This document shows, piece by piece, positions 28,439-33,935 of a DNA stretch of 33,935 nucleotides (its first letter is position 1; each line of letters starts with the position of its first letter). The notes below the pieces were generated by a model. The model saw only the letters and a program-made list of their open reading frames with translations. It ran no database searches and was not told where the DNA came from. The position numbers and the translations under genes are program-made. Source of the stretch: an uncultured bacterium (GTDB lineage: Bacteria; Schekmanbacteria; GWA2-38-11; J061). The stretch is taken from NCBI GenBank assembly GCA_964549305.1, contig CAZJVM010000010.1:18613-52547 (forward strand), read 5' to 3'.

Positions 28439-28636
28439 TTATTTTTCTTTTTCTGTGGTAGATTTGTTTTCTTTTTCGGTTTCGCTGTCGGAAGAATCGA
28501 TTTCCTTCATTGATTTCTTAAAATTCTTTATGCCCTTGCCAAGTCCTTCTCCGATTTCAGGAAGCTTCCTTGCTCCGAAAATAAGAAACGCGATAAGCAG
28601 AACAATCAGAAGCTCCTGCATTCCGAGTCCGAACAT
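28439..28636 (-). CDS. tatA: Twin-arginine translocase subunit TatA/E
   Basis: [35 protein letters not shown], with AAGGAGG SD. Confidence 0.95.
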   Translation of the reverse strand: MFGLGMQELLIVLLIAFLIFGARKLPEIGEGLGKGIKNFKKSMKEIDSSDSETEKENKSTTEKEK

Positions 28637-28673
28637 TTTTAATCCTCCTTCAAGGTATTCTGATAAAAATATG

Positions 28674-28701
28674 ATAATATATTTTCCTGATGAAATGTCA
28701 A
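28674..28701 (-). promoter_or_regulatory. Sigma70-type promoter for tatA
   Basis: Minus strand TTGACA-N16-TATTAT. Confidence 0.55.
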
Positions 28702-28762
28702 TTTAAGTTTTTGTGTCCGTTTAAAAAAAAGAAAAAGATAAGTTAAAAGAAATTGCGGCAAT

Positions 28763-29221
28763 ATGAATAAATCTAATGATAACAGCTTTCTGGAATGCTT
28801 CGAAGTAACCGGAAAGAAAGAAAAATCCATATGCTTCAGAATAAGGGAAAACGTCTTTGTGACAGAGATGAAAATGTTCGAAGGAAGTGATGTTGACTCC
28901 TTTGACGACGAAGCTATACATATCGCTGTAAAAGATAAAGATGGGATTATAGGCACCGTGAGAGTTTACAGGGATGAGGAAGGACGCTGGTTCGGAGGGC
29001 GGCTGGCTGTAAATAAAGGGAAGCGCCGCGGCAATGCCGCAAGAATGCTTGTTAAAAAAGCCGAAGAGATTGCGTCAAGGGTAGGCGCGGATTTTCTTTT
29101 TGCTATGGTGCAGGAGAAAAATGTGAATTTTTTTCTGAAAAACGGATGGAATGTTGAAAAAGGTCCTGTTGAGCATCACAAAACAATCCATTATTTGATG
29201 TCAGTAAAGACCGGAAAATAG
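28763..29221 (+). CDS. GNAT N-acetyltransferase (resembles the MSMEG_0567/Sll0786 type)
   Basis: IRENVFVTE..DVDSFD, IIGTVRV, WFGGRLAV..RRG and VQEKNVNFF..GW. Confidence 0.8.
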   Translation: MNKSNDNSFLECFEVTGKKEKSICFRIRENVFVTEMKMFEGSDVDSFDDEAIHIAVKDKDGIIGTVRVYRDEEGRWFGGRLAVNKGKRRGNAARMLVKKAEEIASRVGADFLFAMVQEKNVNFFLKNGWNVEKGPVEHHKTIHYLMSVKTGK

Positions 29222-29238
29222 TGATTTCTGATTTTTTG

Positions 29239-30504
29239 TTACTCTTCGTTTTCCTCATCGGTTAGGTCTGAGGTTACGACGTAACAGGTGATTTTTCCTT
29301 CTGTATCGGTTGCAATATTGAAAGATTTGCGGATGAAACGGCGCTCACCGTCTTTGCGCAATATATGGTATTTGACAGAATAATGGTTGTCTCCGGACTT
29401 CATAAAAGTTCCGATTTTTTCCATGACGGATTTTCTCTCTTCGGGGACGATACATTCGGAGAGGGTTTCTTTAGTTATTTCATCCTTTGAAAGGCCGTAA
29501 ATTTTGCAAAGACGTTCGTTGCAATAAGTCATATGCCCCTTTTCGATTACCGTAAGCCCTTCGGAGATATTTTCCGCAAGTCGCCTAAAGCGGTCTTCGC
29601 TTTCAATCAACTGTTTCTCACTTTTTTTTCTTTCAGTTATGTCTCTTGCAATGTTCAGGATCATCATTTTATCTTTTATTTTGACCGGATATGCTCTGAT
29701 TTCAACAGGTATGAATGTGCCGTCCTTTCTCTTTAAAAGAAACTCCGTTGGTCCTGCAGGCATTCCCATTGTGGTTTTTCCGAGCATTTCAATCGCTTTG
29801 GGGATTTGGTCGTATGAAAGCATATTGGCTTCCACAAAATTCACTCCTTTAAGTTCACTGCTGTCATATCCTGAAATTGCTTCTGCCTGAAGATTGCCTT
29901 CGATAAAGTTGCCTGCCTGGTCAGTGAGATAATATCCGTCAGGAGCATATTGGAAAAGCAGTTTAAGTCGTTCTTCATTTTCCGTTAATTCTTTTTCGAC
30001 TTTTAAGCGTTCCATTTCCGTTGCAGTTCTCACTGCAAAGAGACTCAGGATTGATTCAATGAGAGTAATTTTTTCGATAGGTTTTCCGTGAAGCACTACT
30101 AACAGTCCGATAGGAGATCTTTTTGAATTGAAAAGCGGAATTCCGATGTAACCCTCGATATTCATCTCCCTTAGAAGACGGTCTTTTGGGAATATTGCGG
30201 CAACATCCCTCGGGTATGAACAGAGAGATTTGCCGATTACGTTTTCACAGGGCGAATCCTTCAGGGGATATTCAAAGTTCTCAATAAGTTCTCCCCCCTT
30301 GCAGACTGCCAGAGTTTTGATTACATTTTTTTTGTCACTGTGCAATTCACCGATAAGCGCTATATCAGTATTGAGTATTTCTACGATATTTTTGACAAGG
30401 CAGTGGCAGAATTTTTCGCCTGTAGTTGCCGATACTTTTTCAACCAGGTTTTGAAGGGAAATATCTATTATGTTTTTTTCAACAACTTTCTTAGCTAAAG
30501 CCAT
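29239..30504 (-). CDS. GAF-PAS-PAS sensor protein with no output domain (the ORF could start at TTG 30516)
   Basis: GAF (FEYPLKDSPCENV..GYIGIPL), PAS1 (APDG..N..ISGY..RKDG..RDITERK) and PAS2 (ISEG..CNE..RKDG..SDLT), followed by the stop. Confidence 0.85.
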   Translation of the reverse strand: MALAKKVVEKNIIDISLQNLVEKVSATTGEKFCHCLVKNIVEILNTDIALIGELHSDKKNVIKTLAVCKGGELIENFEYPLKDSPCENVIGKSLCSYPRDVAAIFPKDRLLREMNIEGYIGIPLFNSKRSPIGLLVVLHGKPIEKITLIESILSLFAVRTATEMERLKVEKELTENEERLKLLFQYAPDGYYLTDQAGNFIEGNLQAEAISGYDSSELKGVNFVEANMLSYDQIPKAIEMLGKTTMGMPAGPTEFLLKRKDGTFIPVEIRAYPVKIKDKMMILNIARDITERKKSEKQLIESEDRFRRLAENISEGLTVIEKGHMTYCNERLCKIYGLSKDEITKETLSECIVPEERKSVMEKIGTFMKSGDNHYSVKYHILRKDGERRFIRKSFNIATDTEGKITCYVVTSDLTDEENEE

Positions 30505-30785
30505 ATTTTTAAACAAATAATTTAAAATATTTTAATAAAAACCCGGAACAAAATTCTTATATTATCAAGTGTTCGATTTTAACAAGTGAACTGATTTAGT
30601 ATTTGTTCAAATTTATTTCGTATAAATTGTCATTTATCTTAAATTAACTTCACTTGCCTTGTTCCGGAATATTATGGAGACAGTTTATTCGGATAATTTA
30701 GGATGAAAAAAAGTTTTAAAAAGAGTAATAGTTAAAAACGGTATAATTTTAAAAATTAAAAAAAAATAGGGTGATTTTGGCATTA

Positions 30786-30814
30786 TTGACAGTGCACCTT
30801 TATTTGGGTATATT
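30786..30814 (+). promoter_or_regulatory. Sigma70 promoter for the ferritin-like pair
   Basis: TTGACA-N17-TATATT, followed by AAGGAGGT SD at 30841-30848. Confidence 0.75.
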
Positions 30815-30852
30815 CACCCGGAAAACAATATTTTGTCTTGAAGGAGGTATAG

Positions 30853-31341
30853 ATGGTTGAGTATGGGAAAAAACTGGAGGAATCCCTTTTGATAGGGATG
30901 AAAAACGAAATTTGTGTAATAGAATTATACAAAAAAAGCGTGAAATGCGAAATTAGCGAGGAATCCCGCGCAAACATAAAGACTGTAACTGCTGATGAGA
31001 TAAGGCATCTTGAAATGCTTCAGTCGATGTTTGAAAAGAAGACAGGCAAACATATTGACAGGGATAAACTCAGTAGTGATTCATTAAAGTCAATTCAAAA
31101 AGTAGCGGGAGATTCTTCCCCGCTTCATCTTCTTGATCTGGCAAAGGGATACGAAGAGAGGGAATGTGATCATTATAAAAACGCTCTTGAAGAATTTAAG
31201 GATGACGGTGACCTCAAAAACCTGTTTTCGCACCTTGTGAAGGATGAAGAAGCGCACCTGGAAATTCTTGTCAAGGAAAGAAAGGCTCTTCTCAAACAAC
31301 CTTTCGATGATTTTGAACTTGATTTGTATGTTCGTGAATAA
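30853..31341 (+). CDS. Ferritin-like/rubrerythrin-family diiron protein (copy 1)
   Basis: E19, DEIRH, YE and DEEAH diiron ligand pattern; no rubredoxin domain. Confidence 0.85.
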   Translation: MVEYGKKLEESLLIGMKNEICVIELYKKSVKCEISEESRANIKTVTADEIRHLEMLQSMFEKKTGKHIDRDKLSSDSLKSIQKVAGDSSPLHLLDLAKGYEERECDHYKNALEEFKDDGDLKNLFSHLVKDEEAHLEILVKERKALLKQPFDDFELDLYVRE

Positions 31342-31407
31342 AAAGAAACTGCCACGTGACAGTTAAACGAATAAAAAATACGCAATATAACAAGAAGGAG
31401 AAGTTAA

Positions 31408-31896
31408 ATGGGTGATGATGAAAAAAGATTGGCGCAGGCATTAATTGTAGCAATGAAAAACGAAATCAGAGTTATCGAGCTTTACAGTCAGTGCCTGAAG
31501 CGTGACATTACCAAAGAATCAAGAGCCAATGTGGAAGTGGTGGTAAAGGACGAAGAACGTCATATGAAAATGCTCAAGGAGTTTTTCGAGAAGAAGCTTG
31601 GAAAAAAACTCGATGTGGCAAAGCTGAAGGATGATTCCCTGTCAAGCATTAAAAATATGGCCATAGAACCATTTTCAGTGCATCTTATTGATGTTGCCAT
31701 GGGATATGAGCACAGAGAGAAAAACCATTTTGAAAAAACGCTTGCCGCTTTCGGCGGTGACCCGGCCCTGAAAGAATTGTTTGACGAGCTTATTTCTGAC
31801 GAAGTTGCCCACATAGATATTCTCGAGAAGGAAAGAAAAGCAGTAATGGGGCAGGCATTTGATGATTTCGAGCTTGACCTTTATGTAAGAGAATAA
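31408..31896 (+). CDS. Ferritin-like/rubrerythrin-family diiron protein (copy 2, tandem paralog)
   Basis: Same length (162 aa) and gap-free alignment with copy 1; DEERH and DEVAH motifs. Confidence 0.85.
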   Translation: MGDDEKRLAQALIVAMKNEIRVIELYSQCLKRDITKESRANVEVVVKDEERHMKMLKEFFEKKLGKKLDVAKLKDDSLSSIKNMAIEPFSVHLIDVAMGYEHREKNHFEKTLAAFGGDPALKELFDELISDEVAHIDILEKERKAVMGQAFDDFELDLYVRE

Positions 31897-31922
31897 TTTT
31901 TAAAAAAAGATACAGGTAGTTG

Positions 31923-31960
31923 AAAGCCTTCCTCATTAAGGTTTTGAGGAAGGCTTTTTT
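31923..31960 (+). terminator. Rho-independent terminator after the ferritin-like pair
   Basis: AAAGCCTTCCTCA-loop-TGAGGAAGGCTTT followed by a T run. Confidence 0.85.
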
Positions 31961-32069
31961 ATGCCCTTGGGGGAATCTTGCGTCATTATAGAAAAATTCT
32001 TGAAATTAACCTCACATATTTCTAATACTTAAGACAATTTTCAAATACTTTGGCAGGGGGGGGATAGGC

Positions 32070-33098
32070 ATGCTTGATTCGCAAAAAGTAAAAGGATTTC
32101 TCTATGAAGAGTGCAATGCGGAAGTTGTGGGAATTTCTTCCGCAAAACCTTTCAGTGAAGAGAACAAAAAAAGGGTGCTTGCTTCACAGGATATTCTTAA
32201 ATCGGCAAATCCTATGATGTCTGCCGCGTCGGGAATATATAATGCTGAAGATTTTCTGGAGAATGCGCGTTCGGTAATCGTATTTGGAAGAAATTCCTTT
32301 TTCGGGCCCGAATATATAAATGATTCATCTCAGACGGACGGGCCGCGCGGGACAATCGGGAATTTTTATCTCAATGAAAAAATATTGAACAGGGCAATCA
32401 ATCAGGCGTCAAAACTTCAGCAGTTCCTCGAGTCGGAAGGATACAAAGGGGATTCTCCTTTTCAGGGATTTCCGCAAAAAATAAAAGGCGTGGAAGCAGG
32501 GATAGGATTTTACGGGAAAAATACTCTCGTAATTAGCGAAAAACTCGGCACCTGGACATCCTTATCAACCGTTATAACTGATGCGCGCCTTGAACCCGAC
32601 TCCCCGGTGGAAAAGAATTGCGGTAATTGCACGAAATGTGCCGATGCCTGCCCGACAGGAGCGCTTTCGACTCCCTACAATCTGCAGGTTGATAAATGTC
32701 TTATCTATTATCTTTGCCACTTGAAGGGGGAAATTCCGACTGAAATAAGAGAGAAGATAGGTGTCAGAATCGGCACCTGTCTTGTTTGCAGTGATGTGTG
32801 CCCTTACAATAAGAAAGTCCAACTCAATACGCGGGACAGATTGCCTGACGAAGAAATATATCCACACCTTATTCCGCTTCTCAATATTTCTCAGGAAGAG
32901 TATGACGAGAAATTCGGCGCAAAGATGTTCGGATTGATTATCGGCGGAAGAAGTTACCTGCGTCGAAATATCGCTGTTGCCCTTGGTAACGCGAATGACA
33001 GGAAAGCTTTGCCTGAGCTCGAGAGGGCAGTGCGCGATGAAGACCGGCTTGTAAGCTCTCACGCAAGATGGGCTATAGATAAACTGCAAAGCCAATGA
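32070..33098 (+). CDS. QueG-like (epoxyqueuosine reductase family) cobalamin/2x[4Fe-4S] protein, divergent
   Basis: AGIGFYGKN, CGNCTKCADACPTGAL, CLVCSDVCPYN and HEAT tail RRNIAVALGN..HARWA. Confidence 0.75.
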   Translation: MLDSQKVKGFLYEECNAEVVGISSAKPFSEENKKRVLASQDILKSANPMMSAASGIYNAEDFLENARSVIVFGRNSFFGPEYINDSSQTDGPRGTIGNFYLNEKILNRAINQASKLQQFLESEGYKGDSPFQGFPQKIKGVEAGIGFYGKNTLVISEKLGTWTSLSTVITDARLEPDSPVEKNCGNCTKCADACPTGALSTPYNLQVDKCLIYYLCHLKGEIPTEIREKIGVRIGTCLVCSDVCPYNKKVQLNTRDRLPDEEIYPHLIPLLNISQEEYDEKFGAKMFGLIIGGRSYLRRNIAVALGNANDRKALPELERAVRDEDRLVSSHARWAIDKLQSQ

Positions 33099-33137
33099 AA
33101 TGAGCGGCAATAGAAATTTTAAGGGAGAAATGGAAAT

Positions 33138-33749
33138 ATGAATGTCCTTTCAATAGTGGGAAGCCCAAGAAAAAAATCCAATACAGATATACTTGTAGAT
33201 AAGGTTGTGGAAGGAATTGCCAGTGTTGCCCATGTGAACGCGGAAAAGATATATATAGTCGATAAAAAAATAAACTTTTGCACGGGATGTGGTTTTCATC
33301 TCAAGCAGGCTGATAAAACAGAAGGAAAGATGTGTTCACAGGATGATGATATGGCTGAAATACTTCCGAAAATGGTGAATGCCGATGCTCTCATTTTCGG
33401 CACTCCGGTTCATATGAGGACGCTTTCCGCTCCAACGCTCAATTTTTTAACGAGGTCGATTCCTCTTCTAAAAATGAAACCTGTATTTGATGAAAACGGA
33501 AAAATTGTTTCAGCCGATGTCAATTCACTTTTAAAGGGGAAAAAGGCGGCATCCGTCGTAAGCCAGGGAGACCCTATGGCATATTCCGGCGCGCTCGCGA
33601 TTCAGGTTTTGGCGATAAATATTACAGACCTGATGATGAAATATGTGGGAGATGTCCTGAGTACCGGAAACATAAAAAGAGGGATGGTTGCCGAAAGGGA
33701 AGAAGAACTTAAAAAGGCCTTTTCCCTTGGAGTCAGAATAGGTTCCTGA
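33138..33749 (+). CDS. Flavodoxin-like NADPH-dependent FMN reductase / iron-sulfur flavoprotein family
   Basis: GSPRKKSNT, CTGC..C..DDM and ADALIFGTPV. Confidence 0.85.
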   Translation: MNVLSIVGSPRKKSNTDILVDKVVEGIASVAHVNAEKIYIVDKKINFCTGCGFHLKQADKTEGKMCSQDDDMAEILPKMVNADALIFGTPVHMRTLSAPTLNFLTRSIPLLKMKPVFDENGKIVSADVNSLLKGKKAASVVSQGDPMAYSGALAIQVLAINITDLMMKYVGDVLSTGNIKRGMVAEREEELKKAFSLGVRIGS

Positions 33750-33935
33750 AGTTGATATTGATTTTAAAACCACTTTAACCGGGAAAATCCCGGGCAGTCC
33801 CTGTAAATTTATCCGCTAAAATTAACTCATTATCTGCATTTTTTTATTTCCCCATTCTGTTGTCAATCTTTCCCCAATATTGACGATTAACATAGATTTC
33901 AGTATTTTATAAAAATAAAGGAATATTAAAAAAAA

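Noticed and set aside
28439-28636. tatA as part of the RiPP system
   Set aside because: It lies about 19 kb away with its own promoter; it only shows that the host has a Tat pathway.
79-33773. Numerous short antisense or overlapping ORFs in the track (e.g. 79-279, 13418-13966, 26884-27408, 28245-28706, 32565-33110)
   Set aside because: They are shadow frames of well-supported genes or of the repeat, with no SD or recognisable motifs.

Overview
Bacterial chromosomal window of moderate-to-low GC, with gene content suggesting an anaerobe (Desulfobacterota- or Nitrospinota-like; taxonomy is inferred only). The left 12.7 kb is accessory. It holds a structured 273-bp-period repeat at the edge and a surface-polysaccharide locus (three GT4 glycosyltransferases, two Wzx flippases, TylF and FkbM methyltransferases). 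Directly upstream and co-oriented is a compact RiPP-like operon: HPr-kinase-like kinase, PqqD/RRE, radical SAM-SPASM enzyme and a 72-aa twin-arginine, Lys-rich, two-Cys peptide, with a divergent nucleotidyltransferase. This operon is the best candidate for an undescribed system. The remainder holds purD, a cytidylate-kinase-like gene, a pentaheme cytochrome divergent from a sigma54-type tetraheme cytochrome c3/ResB/CcsA unit, panD-ribF-UPF0104, glnE, queD-queE-queC plus a hypothetical, tatA, a GNAT and an output-less GAF-PAS-PAS protein. It ends with two tandem ferritin-like paralogs sharing an invariant 12-residue C-terminal tail, a divergent QueG-like protein and an Isf-like flavoprotein. 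All family calls come from motif recognition by eye; no database searches were run.
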